Made by a program: the position numbers and the translations under genes. A DNA stretch of 64,000 nt from Bacteriovoracia bacterium (GTDB taxonomy: Bacteria; Bdellovibrionota; UBA1018; JBFWNL01), in the NCBI GenBank assembly GCA_050251055.1, contig JBFWNL010000002.1:192001-256000 (forward strand), given 5' to 3'. This document shows positions 38,037 through 47,407 of this stretch, one piece after another (positions within the stretch are counted from its first letter, which is position 1; every line of letters begins with the position of its first letter). The notes below the pieces were generated by a model that worked only from the letters and a program-made list of their open reading frames with translations, was not told where the DNA came from and made no database searches.

Positions 38037-39289
38037 CTGTTTCCTTCGGCGCACCAGCTCCCAGAAACCGACCCGCACCCCGAACCGTCCAGGTACTTGC
38101 CTCCCATGTATTGAAAAACGTTGTTGAGCTTAGCGCAGTTCGACGGCCGTGAGTTTGCTCCGCAAACTTGCCGGGAGATCTCCAGCATCGGGTTCCCACC
38201 GTCCCGAATACCCACATCCCGGCATTTCGCGTCCGAATAGTCTCCGTTGACGGTGCTGTTGCAAGCTACACCCAAGTCGTCCGCTTGACAGGCGGCCAGG
38301 AGATTCACGTCGGACATGATCCCCTGCACGGGAAGCAGGTAGAAGTCATGGTCTTTATATCGGACGAAGAGATCCGCGGAGGGGGCATTCACGAAAACCA
38401 TCCCTAGCTGACTCGCCATCTCGGTTGAAAAGGGCAAGACCGTACGTTTACTGTACTTGGAGTCCTTCCAAGTAACGCCCTTCGCTTGAACGCGGGTCAA
38501 ATCGGCGTTCAGAAAATTCGATCCCGTGAAGTCAGCCCGATCCAAAACCGCGTCTTGCAGCACGGCTCGCTTGAAATTAGCCCTCGTAAACACGGCGGAG
38601 GTCAAATCGGCTTTCTCCAAGCGAGCCTTGGTGAAATCGATTTGGTCGCCGCGAGTATCACCCAAACGGGTGTTTTGCAGCAAAGCGTCTTTGAAAACCG
38701 CCCCGGTAAGGTCCGCTCCCTGCAGATCCGCTTCGACCAAAGTCGCCTGGGCAAAGTTCACCCTTTTGAACTGATTGCCCGACAGCTCGGCACCGTTGAG
38801 TTTGACCGCGAAGAAGTTCGCCTCGCTAAAGTCAGTCCGTGAAGACCTGACTAGCGAAAGATCCGATTCACGAAAGTCCGCGCGGACAAAGCGGGCTCCG
38901 TCGATTTGGGCGCCGGCGAACTGCACCCGCTTCATCGTGGCTTGCGTGAAATTAGTACGAACGAGCTTTGCATCGGTGAAGTCCGTGCCCGAGAGTATCG
39001 CGCCATCGAAGGCGGCTCCTTGCAGATTGGCCTTTTGGAAATCCGTTTTTTGCAAATCGGCCGAAGAAAACTGCGAGCCGCTCATGTCGACGCCGGCGAA
39101 ACTAAAACGCCCGAGAACCACGCCGCGAAAATCCGAGCACTGACCAATATAAGTCGTATTCAGACCCGGCTCACCCTTCGCGTTCACGCACTTTCCGTCG
39201 GATGAATACCGAAACCCAAGGTCACCCGCGAAAGAATTGATCGCCAAGAGCCAAATCCCACCCATCAGCAGCCCGAAACCTTTTTTCAT
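38003..39289 (-). CDS. Secreted pentapeptide-repeat protein with Cys-rich C-terminal domain
   Basis: Signal peptide, long A(D/N)(L/F)xx array, 8-Cys tail. Confidence 0.88.
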   Translation of the reverse strand: MKKGFGLLMGGIWLLAINSFAGDLGFRYSSDGKCVNAKGEPGLNTTYIGQCSDFRGVVLGRFSFAGVDMSGSQFSSADLQKTDFQKANLQGAAFDGAILSGTDFTDAKLVRTNFTQATMKRVQFAGAQIDGARFVRADFRESDLSLVRSSRTDFSEANFFAVKLNGAELSGNQFKRVNFAQATLVEADLQGADLTGAVFKDALLQNTRLGDTRGDQIDFTKARLEKADLTSAVFTRANFKRAVLQDAVLDRADFTGSNFLNADLTRVQAKGVTWKDSKYSKRTVLPFSTEMASQLGMVFVNAPSADLFVRYKDHDFYLLPVQGIMSDVNLLAACQADDLGVACNSTVNGDYSDAKCRDVGIRDGGNPMLEISRQVCGANSRPSNCAKLNNVFQYMGGKYLDGSGCGSVSGSWCAEGNSYKDLTALCVD

Positions 39290-39468
39290 GACAACATTAG
39301 AACATCCTCTCTCCCTATCGTCCATCACGGGGAGTAGCAGTATCCCGACGGTTTTGGTTTGAATAAAAACACAATAAAAACAGATATATACTTAAAACTT
39401 GACTAAATAAGTTAGATAACTTATCTCCACCTTACTGAAATCCGAGTACATCGGTTCGTGGAGGTCAG

Positions 39469-40191
39469 ATGATGCGGTTTTTGAATGGTTTAGCCTTGGG
39501 TGCTTTAGCGGCGGCCTTAAATACGCCAACCGCACAAGCGGCCAAACCCGAAGTATTGGTGAAGAGCAGCTCGCATATGTTGCTGGGGCAGCCCGGCGGA
39601 GCAAAGCTGACGATCAAAGTCGACACGCCGTACTCCCAAGTCCAACGCGAGATCAAGCGGAACTTTCTGACGCTCCTTCAAAGCTTGCCACGCGTGGCGC
39701 GTTCTCAGGTTTTTACCGAAGAGAAGCTAACTCCCACTTCGCAATCCAACGACGAACAGACGATCGCCGGCGCCCACACGCTGCTCATGCGCTTCGCCGA
39801 CTCCCAGCTCATGCCGGAGTCGCTCTTTACCCTGAACGAAGAACGTCTCGAGTGCAAAGCCAAAACGGATTGCGATGCCCACGTCGAGCTTTCCCTGCAA
39901 GGTCCGGTGAAATCGTACGCGGAGAAGATCGAAGCCCGTCCCATACAGAATCTAAACGGCAGCTTCACCCTGACCACCGGGGCGGAGCCTATCGACGCCA
40001 AAGACGTAACCAAGGGAACGACGATTTTTCTTTCCTTGCGCTTCCATGATGTCCGCTACTTGCATTTCCTCGCCGGATTGGTCGAGAAGAAGCAGCTAAA
40101 AACCCTGCCCACGGTCGATGAGCTCAACACGGGCTTCCTGATCTGGGCGAAATCCGCCGCGCCCCGCCTGGCGGCCGGAGGTGGCCAATGA
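39469..40191 (+). CDS. Secreted hypothetical protein
   Basis: GGAGG RBS, signal peptide, ATGA overlap with the S8 gene. Confidence 0.7.
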   Translation: MMRFLNGLALGALAAALNTPTAQAAKPEVLVKSSSHMLLGQPGGAKLTIKVDTPYSQVQREIKRNFLTLLQSLPRVARSQVFTEEKLTPTSQSNDEQTIAGAHTLLMRFADSQLMPESLFTLNEERLECKAKTDCDAHVELSLQGPVKSYAEKIEARPIQNLNGSFTLTTGAEPIDAKDVTKGTTIFLSLRFHDVRYLHFLAGLVEKKQLKTLPTVDELNTGFLIWAKSAAPRLAAGGGQ

Positions 40192-42071
40192 AGAATCACA
40201 CCCACGCTTTACGCGCGTTATGCCTGAGCCTGGCCTTAGCTGCAGCCGGTAGTAGCTGCGCATGGCTACGCGGAAAATCCACGACCGCCGTCGCGCCCAC
40301 ACCCGCGACGAATGGTGTGATCGCGGGCACGCTGCTGATTCAGCTAAAATCGGATGATCAGCTTCCGGAACTCCGCCGGCGATACGCGGTCAGCGAAGTG
40401 GACCGCGAAACCCGCGTCTATCGGTTAAAGGATGCGAGCTTCGGTGGCCGCGAGCGAGAAGCCGCGAGCGAACTCCAACGGGGGAATCAGTTTGAAATCG
40501 TGGAGCCGGAATGGGAAGTCCGGTCGTCGGCCTCGCCGAGGGATCCTTTGTGGGGTTCGCTCTGGGGTTTACGCAATCTCGGCCAAGACGCTCCGAATGG
40601 AATCGAGGGTAAGCCGGGCGCGGATATTGGCGCGCTCGAGGCCTGGAAAATCACCCAAGGCAGCCGCGACATCTTGGTCGCGGTTGTGGATAGCGGCGTG
40701 GACTATACCCACCCCGATCTAAAGGACAATATTTGGGTTAACGAAAAGGAAGCAAACGGGACGCCCGGAGTCGATGACGATGGCAACGGATACGTGGATG
40801 ACATTTACGGCTGGAACTTCGTCAGCGGCACCCAATCCTCGCTCGCCCACGGAAATTTGGGCTCGGCAGATCCGATGGACGACAATGGCCACGGTACGCA
40901 CGTAGCCGGTACGATCGGCGCCTCCGGCAACAACGGCGTGGGCGTCACCGGTGTAAACTGGAAGGTAAAAATCATAGCGCTAAAGTTTCTTTCCTCCGCC
41001 GGCTCGGGTGGAACGGGTGACGAGTACCGCGCCATCCGTTACGCGATCAAGCAAGGCGTGGACGTCATCAACGCGAGCTACGGTGGTGGAGGGAAGTCAA
41101 AACTGATTGAAGCCACGATCCGTGAAGCGGGCCGCGCCGGCTTGCTCTTCGTGGCCGCGGCCGGTAACGATTCAGAGAATAACGACACGACCAATAGTTT
41201 CCCGGCCAACTACCCGCTCGAGAACATACTCTCCGTAGCCGCGACCGACAATCTCGACCAGCTCGCCAGCTTCAGCAATTTCGGCTACGAAAAAGTCCAC
41301 CTCGCCGCCCCGGGCGTCGCCGTGCTCAGCACCTATCCGCTCGCGCTTGACGCCAAAGAAGGCGCCGGCGGTTACCCGTATCGGGCGTTCTCGGGTACGT
41401 CCATGGCCACCCCCCACGTCGTCGGTGCCGCCGCCCTGACCTTGGCGGCGCGGCCCGAACTACGCAAGCAACCCGCCGCCCTCAAGAAAGCACTCCTGGA
41501 AAGCTCGGAGTGGCTGCCCCAGCTCGCCGGAAAAGTATCGAGCGGCGGCCGACTGAATCTCGCCCGGGCCGTTCGCGGCCAGAAGGGTTCCGCGCCGGCC
41601 ATGGCTGGCGGCTGGGTGGAGGAAGCCATCGACTTCCGCACTCCCCGGTACCCCACGGAGGCGATCAACCAAGCGTGGGCGTTTAAGAAGGCGGGTGCCC
41701 AGGCCATACAGCTGCACGTGCAGTCGGCCGTAATCGACCGCCCGAACGACGCGGCCATCCTATTCGATTCGCTATACCGGCCCATCCTCGAGCTGCCGGC
41801 GGATAGTTTCGATCAGTGGTTGCCCGCGGTCGTGGGCGATACCGCTTACCTCAAGTTCAGCAACGGTTTGGTCGCCATCCAGAAATACCTGGGCAGCAAG
41901 CGGGTCAAGGATATGGCCGAGGTACCGGATGCCCTCGTCTGTCAACGCGTGTCGGGATCCGAGTTATTAGATTGCTACATCTGGGACAAGCCTGGGCCGA
42001 CGTTTCCGAACTTCGACTCCGAAAGCATCGTAATCGACAAGATTCGTTACCTTCCCGGAAAGGCGGAATAG
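40188..42071 (+). CDS. S8 subtilase lipoprotein with CUB-like C-terminus
   Basis: VVDSG, GHGTHVAG, AAGN, SGTSMATP. Confidence 0.93.
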   Translation: MKNHTHALRALCLSLALAAAGSSCAWLRGKSTTAVAPTPATNGVIAGTLLIQLKSDDQLPELRRRYAVSEVDRETRVYRLKDASFGGREREAASELQRGNQFEIVEPEWEVRSSASPRDPLWGSLWGLRNLGQDAPNGIEGKPGADIGALEAWKITQGSRDILVAVVDSGVDYTHPDLKDNIWVNEKEANGTPGVDDDGNGYVDDIYGWNFVSGTQSSLAHGNLGSADPMDDNGHGTHVAGTIGASGNNGVGVTGVNWKVKIIALKFLSSAGSGGTGDEYRAIRYAIKQGVDVINASYGGGGKSKLIEATIREAGRAGLLFVAAAGNDSENNDTTNSFPANYPLENILSVAATDNLDQLASFSNFGYEKVHLAAPGVAVLSTYPLALDAKEGAGGYPYRAFSGTSMATPHVVGAAALTLAARPELRKQPAALKKALLESSEWLPQLAGKVSSGGRLNLARAVRGQKGSAPAMAGGWVEEAIDFRTPRYPTEAINQAWAFKKAGAQAIQLHVQSAVIDRPNDAAILFDSLYRPILELPADSFDQWLPAVVGDTAYLKFSNGLVAIQKYLGSKRVKDMAEVPDALVCQRVSGSELLDCYIWDKPGPTFPNFDSESIVIDKIRYLPGKAE

Positions 42072-42073
42072 CC

Positions 42074-43231
42074 ATGTTGACCCACGTTCTCAACCGCAAA
42101 CAAGTACGCGCCATCGTCGGAGCCTTAGTACCGGTATTCATGTCCGGATGCTTCTCGGACTGCAAAATGCTCATCCAGCCGCCGAACAAATCCTTCTACC
42201 CGATGGTGGAGTCGGTACCGGCGCCGGTGGGCCAAGGAGATCCGCTCGCCAGCGAGCAGTGGAGCATCGCCAAGCTCGGCCTCACTCAAGCATGGACCCA
42301 AAGCCAAGGATCTCATCGGATCCGCGTGGCGCTGATCGGCACTGGAGTGGATTACAATCATCCCGATCTACGGGCAAACATTGCGATCAACTCGGAGGAA
42401 GCCGTCCTGCGGAAACCGGGCGTGATCACGCCGGCGGACGGGATCGACAACGATGGCAACGGATATATCGACGACGTGGTCGGCTACGATGTGGTCGATG
42501 ACCATGGATTTCCCTACGACAGTCTCGGCACCGGCACCGCCGCCGCGGGCGTCATCGCGGCTGTTCATGGCAATGGTCTCGGCATCCGAGGCATCGCCCC
42601 CAAAGTCTCGCTGATCCCCGTCCGCTACATCGGCCCCAATGGCCAAACGAAGGTTCCGAACCTCGTACGCGCCTTGAACTACGCGCACGCGGTACGTCCC
42701 GACGTGGTCTACCTGCACGTAGCCAATATCCAATGGAGCGAAGAAAAAGAGGCCGTCGTGAAGACTGAACAAGCCGCGCTTAAGGCCGCGCTCACCCAGC
42801 TTCGTACGATCAACGTCCCGGTCGTGGTAAGCGCCGGCAACTCGGGCGTCGACCTTGGAAAATTCAGGACCTTGATCCGGGAGTTCGCCGAGTTCGACAA
42901 CGTGGTCGTGGTCACCTCGGTCGGCGAAACCGACGGGAAGCCCACCATCGCTAACTTCGGACAGAGCGTGCATTTGGCCGCACCGGGCGAACAAGTGATC
43001 ACCACCCTACCCGGTGGTGCATACGGTAAACAAAGCGGCACCTCGATCGCGGCCGCCCACGTAGCGGGCACCCTTGCGCTAGCTTTGGCGGATCACCATG
43101 GCCAGTACACGACCCAGCAGCTGCTCCAGAAGCTAACGAGCGAAGCCGGAGCCGATTCCGTGGCGGGGCTCGAAGGCCTCACCCTAGGCGGGGCTCGACT
43201 GAACGTAGCGAAGTTTCTCGGGGCGCTCTAG
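42074..43231 (+). CDS. S8 subtilase homologue lacking catalytic Asp and His (lipoprotein)
   Basis: LIGTGVD, LGTGTAAAG, SGTSIAA; FMSGC lipobox. Confidence 0.85.
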   Translation: MLTHVLNRKQVRAIVGALVPVFMSGCFSDCKMLIQPPNKSFYPMVESVPAPVGQGDPLASEQWSIAKLGLTQAWTQSQGSHRIRVALIGTGVDYNHPDLRANIAINSEEAVLRKPGVITPADGIDNDGNGYIDDVVGYDVVDDHGFPYDSLGTGTAAAGVIAAVHGNGLGIRGIAPKVSLIPVRYIGPNGQTKVPNLVRALNYAHAVRPDVVYLHVANIQWSEEKEAVVKTEQAALKAALTQLRTINVPVVVSAGNSGVDLGKFRTLIREFAEFDNVVVVTSVGETDGKPTIANFGQSVHLAAPGEQVITTLPGGAYGKQSGTSIAAAHVAGTLALALADHHGQYTTQQLLQKLTSEAGADSVAGLEGLTLGGARLNVAKFLGAL

Positions 43232-43262
43232 GCGGAAGCGGATCGGGCGAGCACTCGCTCGA

Positions 43263-43949
43263 CTATTCCAGCACCCACGTAAGACGCACGAGGGTGATCT
43301 GTGGAGTCACTAGCCGCGCTAGCCGACCCATCGATTCGGCCGAATCCGTGTATAGGTCCGCCGAGTTGTCGGAGTTAGCGCCCGTAGCGCTATCTTCCAG
43401 GTAAAGGCTCCCGGAAGCCACGAGCGGGATCTGCGCGCCCAAATCGAATCCCAGATAGAGCCTCTCTCCGACCTTAAAGCTCCCACCAACGGCGAGCGTG
43501 AACACCAAGCTCTTGAGATTGATCGAACCGCTCGTCGCCAAGGGCTGATCGTCGATCTTAAAGGAAGAAACGTCGGCCGAAAGCGCAAAAAAACGATAAC
43601 CTAGCGACGCACTCGTAAAAAACCAGTCTTGCCAAGGAAAGTAACGAACGCCGGCATGGAGGGAAAATGCCCGTACGGATTTCGATCCCAATGGGATGTA
43701 TGCAAATCCGGTCTCGGCGTAAGGGCGCCAAGGCTGCAAAGGACGCCAAAGCTCGATGCCGACGATCAAGGGCTGGGGTAAGTTTACTCCCGCCACCGGC
43801 GAATACCGCCAATGTTCGGCGTGGCCCACCGGCGCGGCCTCGGCGATCGCGGCGGGAGGCGACTCTTCCCCGCCCGCGGCCCCAGGCATCACCATGGCAC
43901 CTACGATAAGGGCTAAGATTGCGACACGGCTAAGGGGCGAGGTACACAT
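43263..43949 (-). CDS. Probable outer-membrane beta-barrel protein
   Basis: Signal peptide, alternating amphipathic strands, aromatic-rich C-terminal strand. Confidence 0.6.
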   Translation of the reverse strand: MCTSPLSRVAILALIVGAMVMPGAAGGEESPPAAIAEAAPVGHAEHWRYSPVAGVNLPQPLIVGIELWRPLQPWRPYAETGFAYIPLGSKSVRAFSLHAGVRYFPWQDWFFTSASLGYRFFALSADVSSFKIDDQPLATSGSINLKSLVFTLAVGGSFKVGERLYLGFDLGAQIPLVASGSLYLEDSATGANSDNSADLYTDSAESMGRLARLVTPQITLVRLTWVLE

Positions 43950-45351
43950 GGTTGGATACAATCCAGCGGAATTCGCGCTCGGCCTGATCCGGCGCCTCGA
44001 TGAACTTGGCGAGCTGCCTCGGACGGATGAAGATCTCCACCCGATAGGCGCCCGCCGTGGAAGTCGTATAGGAAATATTTCCGCCGACGCCGAAACCACT
44101 CGAGCGCGCGACCACCTCGTCGGCACCGTTGGCGAGCACCCGCTTTAGCTCGGTACGCACCTCCGGATCCACGCCCATACCCGCTCCGGGGCTACTGGTA
44201 TGCAGGGTCGGCGTCGTCACCGTGAAAGTCGCGGAGTTCGCGCCCAAGGTACCCGTCTCGCCCATGCCGTAAGTCGTCCCGCCCGTCACCGCGTAAAAAT
44301 CGAGTCCCACGGGGGATCCAAAGCCTTCAAATACCAACCAGCTACGACCCGTGCGCAGTGCCTGCTTTACCTCCGGTACGGTCGCGGCCCCCACCACGAC
44401 GTGGTTGGACATGAAGCGAGTCAAGCGGCGATGCGACTCCAGCCGCTCGCCATCGGCCGCTTTCTGGGGAAAAATATTCTCGTGCGAATCGCTCCCGCCC
44501 ACGCCCGTCAGCTTCAAGCCGCCGTGAATGAGCTCGTTCCATCGCGTGAAATAAATCGCGGGCGTTTCCACGAACTTCATGAACAAGAAATCCGCGTTGA
44601 GCGATTTATAGGGATCAAAGAGATATCCCAGGATCTTGGACATGTGCTCGAAAGGAGGCAGGCCAAGATCTTTCTTACGGATCTTGGGGTCCAGGTTCGC
44701 GTGCACGTTATAAATCTCGATCCCGTGTGGATTCACCGTTTGAATCGTCGAGACGGTGCGGCTCTCCGTATGCGGGACCATCACCACCGCTTCGGAGGTA
44801 TTCACTAGGTCGTCACGCAGCGCCTGCGTCTCAGCATTGTAGGCTTCCTCGCGCTGAGCGGCCGTGCCGGAAAGGTGCTTCACCATGCCCATGGCCAGCA
44901 ACCGCCCTTCGATTCCCACGGTCAGGTACGGACGAAAGCCATTGGCGCATCCGGCGAGGCGATTCGCATAGGTGTTCGCCGCCCCGTCGACCAACAACTC
45001 ATCGCCCGATGCCTGGAGCAACAGGCTGGCAAACTCGTAGGCGGCCATATGCGCCGGATGATCCGTGGCCAGGGCCACATCGATCCGGTTCTTACAAAGG
45101 GCTTCTCGTAGGTGAGTCAGGCATTCGACGCTCGGTACCCCATCGGTGAGCCCGACCTTGTCGCACGCGTCGTTGGAGTAAGGCGTGTGTAAATGGGTGA
45201 TCACGCGGGCGATGCGCTGGCCACGCGGCGAACCCAGCTCGGCGGCGTCTGGCAGTTCACTCGGATAGGTCGGACGCGTGCAACCCAAGGCAAAGCTGGC
45301 CAGCCCCAAAGCCGCCAAGAGCGAGGTTTTACGGATTGCCGAAACCGTCAT
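43930..45351 (-). CDS. PHP-like metallohydrolase lipoprotein
   Basis: ALGC lipobox; HLHT, TDH, PH, IEIYN, GGSDSH. Confidence 0.75.
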   Translation of the reverse strand: MTVSAIRKTSLLAALGLASFALGCTRPTYPSELPDAAELGSPRGQRIARVITHLHTPYSNDACDKVGLTDGVPSVECLTHLREALCKNRIDVALATDHPAHMAAYEFASLLLQASGDELLVDGAANTYANRLAGCANGFRPYLTVGIEGRLLAMGMVKHLSGTAAQREEAYNAETQALRDDLVNTSEAVVMVPHTESRTVSTIQTVNPHGIEIYNVHANLDPKIRKKDLGLPPFEHMSKILGYLFDPYKSLNADFLFMKFVETPAIYFTRWNELIHGGLKLTGVGGSDSHENIFPQKAADGERLESHRRLTRFMSNHVVVGAATVPEVKQALRTGRSWLVFEGFGSPVGLDFYAVTGGTTYGMGETGTLGANSATFTVTTPTLHTSSPGAGMGVDPEVRTELKRVLANGADEVVARSSGFGVGGNISYTTSTAGAYRVEIFIRPRQLAKFIEAPDQAEREFRWIVSNHVYLAP

Positions 45352-46427
45352 TTCTGCACATTGCGCCAAAGCACGGCCGCCATCAAGCCCGTAATGACAT
45401 TGGGAATTTGTAGGGCTAACCATACGGGGAGGCTGCCTTTTTGGGCCATCCCGATCGATACGACAAGCGTCTCCCAGTAGATCAGACAAACCACGAGGCT
45501 AAAGATCGTGCCGACCTGCTTAGAGGACCGCACTCGCACCGTGCCGAGGCCAATCCCCAGAAAACAAAAGATCAGGGGGGAGAAGGAAGTGGAAACACGT
45601 TTCCAAAACTCCGTCACATAGTCACGCCGATCCATGCGCTCCAATAAGGTCTTAAGGGAGGCCGTGCGTGGAATGTCAGGGGTGGCAATCTCGCTAGAAC
45701 TCAGCTCCATAAATACGGAGTACTCGCTGAAGTCCATCCGCGAGGAGTTCTCGCTCCCCTCCCCAATCTGGTAGATGTTGCCCCGATACAGCTTCAACAG
45801 CGCCTGGTGGTTGAGCCCGTTATCCGAGATCGTCGACTGCATGTTGCCTCTTGGCGCCACCACTACAAACGGGTTTTTAGGGTCTCGGTCATCGAAGATG
45901 AAGACGCGATCCAGCGCCCGCGTGGTGGGATGCACCTTCTCGGTGAAGATCAGCATTCCGAAGAAATCCTTATTGAATGTGCCAGGCTGGATGGAACCGG
46001 CGATCTTACGGGCTTCGGCTTCGAAAATCGATTTCGTGAGCACCCGCTCTCCCAAAGGCGCGAGCTCCATGCCGATAATGAAAGCCGCCATCGAGAATGC
46101 CGAACCGATGAAAATCACGGGGCTGGCCACTTGCCAGGGGCTTAGGCCGCACGCCCGCATGGCGCCGATCTCCTGCTCCGTGGAAAGCCGGCCGAACGCC
46201 ACGATCACCGAAAGCAGGAACGCGACCGGTAGCACGAGACTGGAAAAGGAGATCAACAGACAGAACGCGATCTTCGCCACGATTTTAAGTGGCACTTGGT
46301 GCACGATGAGAAAATTAGAGAGTCTCAGGCTTTGAAAAACGAAGAAGGTAAAAAAAATGATCAACGCCGACGGAACGAAGAACTGGATCACTTCGGACAG
46401 GATGTAGGTTTGGTAGCGCTTGATCAA
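45348..46427 (-). CDS. lptF: LptF/LptG family permease
   Basis: FGRLSTEQEIGAMRACG; 3+3 TM layout; PN in last helix. Confidence 0.85.
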   Translation of the reverse strand: MIKRYQTYILSEVIQFFVPSALIIFFTFFVFQSLRLSNFLIVHQVPLKIVAKIAFCLLISFSSLVLPVAFLLSVIVAFGRLSTEQEIGAMRACGLSPWQVASPVIFIGSAFSMAAFIIGMELAPLGERVLTKSIFEAEARKIAGSIQPGTFNKDFFGMLIFTEKVHPTTRALDRVFIFDDRDPKNPFVVVAPRGNMQSTISDNGLNHQALLKLYRGNIYQIGEGSENSSRMDFSEYSVFMELSSSEIATPDIPRTASLKTLLERMDRRDYVTEFWKRVSTSFSPLIFCFLGIGLGTVRVRSSKQVGTIFSLVVCLIYWETLVVSIGMAQKGSLPVWLALQIPNVITGLMAAVLWRNVQK

Positions 46428-46593
46428 TCAGCGAAAGTTTAACGTCCCGATGCTTTCAGTAGCAAACTGATTCCGATCCAGAGCGAAACGGCCCCGACCG
46501 AATTCTTCCGGGCCGAGCCCGCCCCAGCGCAGGCGCGCCGCATCATTCACTTGATCCGCCGAATTTCACGATGCTTTTACCGGTTTGCCGTGC

Positions 46594-46610
46594 TTGGCAC
46601 CTGGATTGCT
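46594..46610 (+). promoter_or_regulatory. sigma54 -24/-12 promoter
   Basis: TTGGCACCTGGATTGCT, near-consensus. Confidence 0.75.
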
Positions 46611-46677
46611 CCACTCCCCTGCCAACGCGGTCTCGGAGAGTTCCTCCGGACCACCACTTGAGAGGGGATCTATCCAA

Positions 46678-47322
46678 ATGAAAACGAATCGAACGAACTG
46701 GCTTCGGAATGTCCACGTGTATCTATTTGGCCTAATCACCGGCGTCGCCGCCCTATCCGGGCAAAGCGGAATCGCGGCGGCCGACGACATCTACCTGGGG
46801 CTACCCGGCTATGGAGGTTCGGGATGTCCCCAAGGGTCGGCCTCGGCCACGCTCAGCCCCGATGCAAAAACGCTTAGTATCTTGTTTGACCAATATGTTG
46901 TCGAAGCGGGCCGGGGTACCGGGCGATCTTCGGCCCGTAAAACTTGCAACATCGCGATCCCTGTACACGTACCTCAAGGATTGAGCGTGAGCCTCATCGG
47001 GATCGACTACCGCGGGTTTAACGTGCTCCCGCGCGGATCATCGGCGCAGTTCGACGTCGATTACTTCTTCGCCGGTAGCGTCGGTCCCCGCGATCGCCGC
47101 CAGTTCGTCGGTCCCGTGGAAGACGATTATCTGATCACGAATAACCTCGCCGTCGGAGCGATCGCTTGGTCGCCTTGCGGCGCAGACGTCAATCTGCGCA
47201 TCAACACGGGTCTATTGGTACGGGCGGCCGGCACGAACGGCGCCCTGGCTTCCAGCTCCGTGGATAGCGCAGACGTCCAGGCGGGCCTGATCTACCACCT
47301 GCAATGGAGACAGTGCCGATAA
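46678..47322 (+). CDS. DUF4360 secreted protein
   Basis: YGGSGCPQGS, RKTCNI, DYRG, WSPCG, WRQC. Confidence 0.88.
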   Translation: MKTNRTNWLRNVHVYLFGLITGVAALSGQSGIAAADDIYLGLPGYGGSGCPQGSASATLSPDAKTLSILFDQYVVEAGRGTGRSSARKTCNIAIPVHVPQGLSVSLIGIDYRGFNVLPRGSSAQFDVDYFFAGSVGPRDRRQFVGPVEDDYLITNNLAVGAIAWSPCGADVNLRINTGLLVRAAGTNGALASSSVDSADVQAGLIYHLQWRQCR

Positions 47323-47407
47323 CTCACTTTAGACCATGATGAACGAGGTACCGGCCGGCTCGGAGTTTCCGAGTCGGCCGTGCCCATTTCCATGATTAGA
47401 GCGGCGA

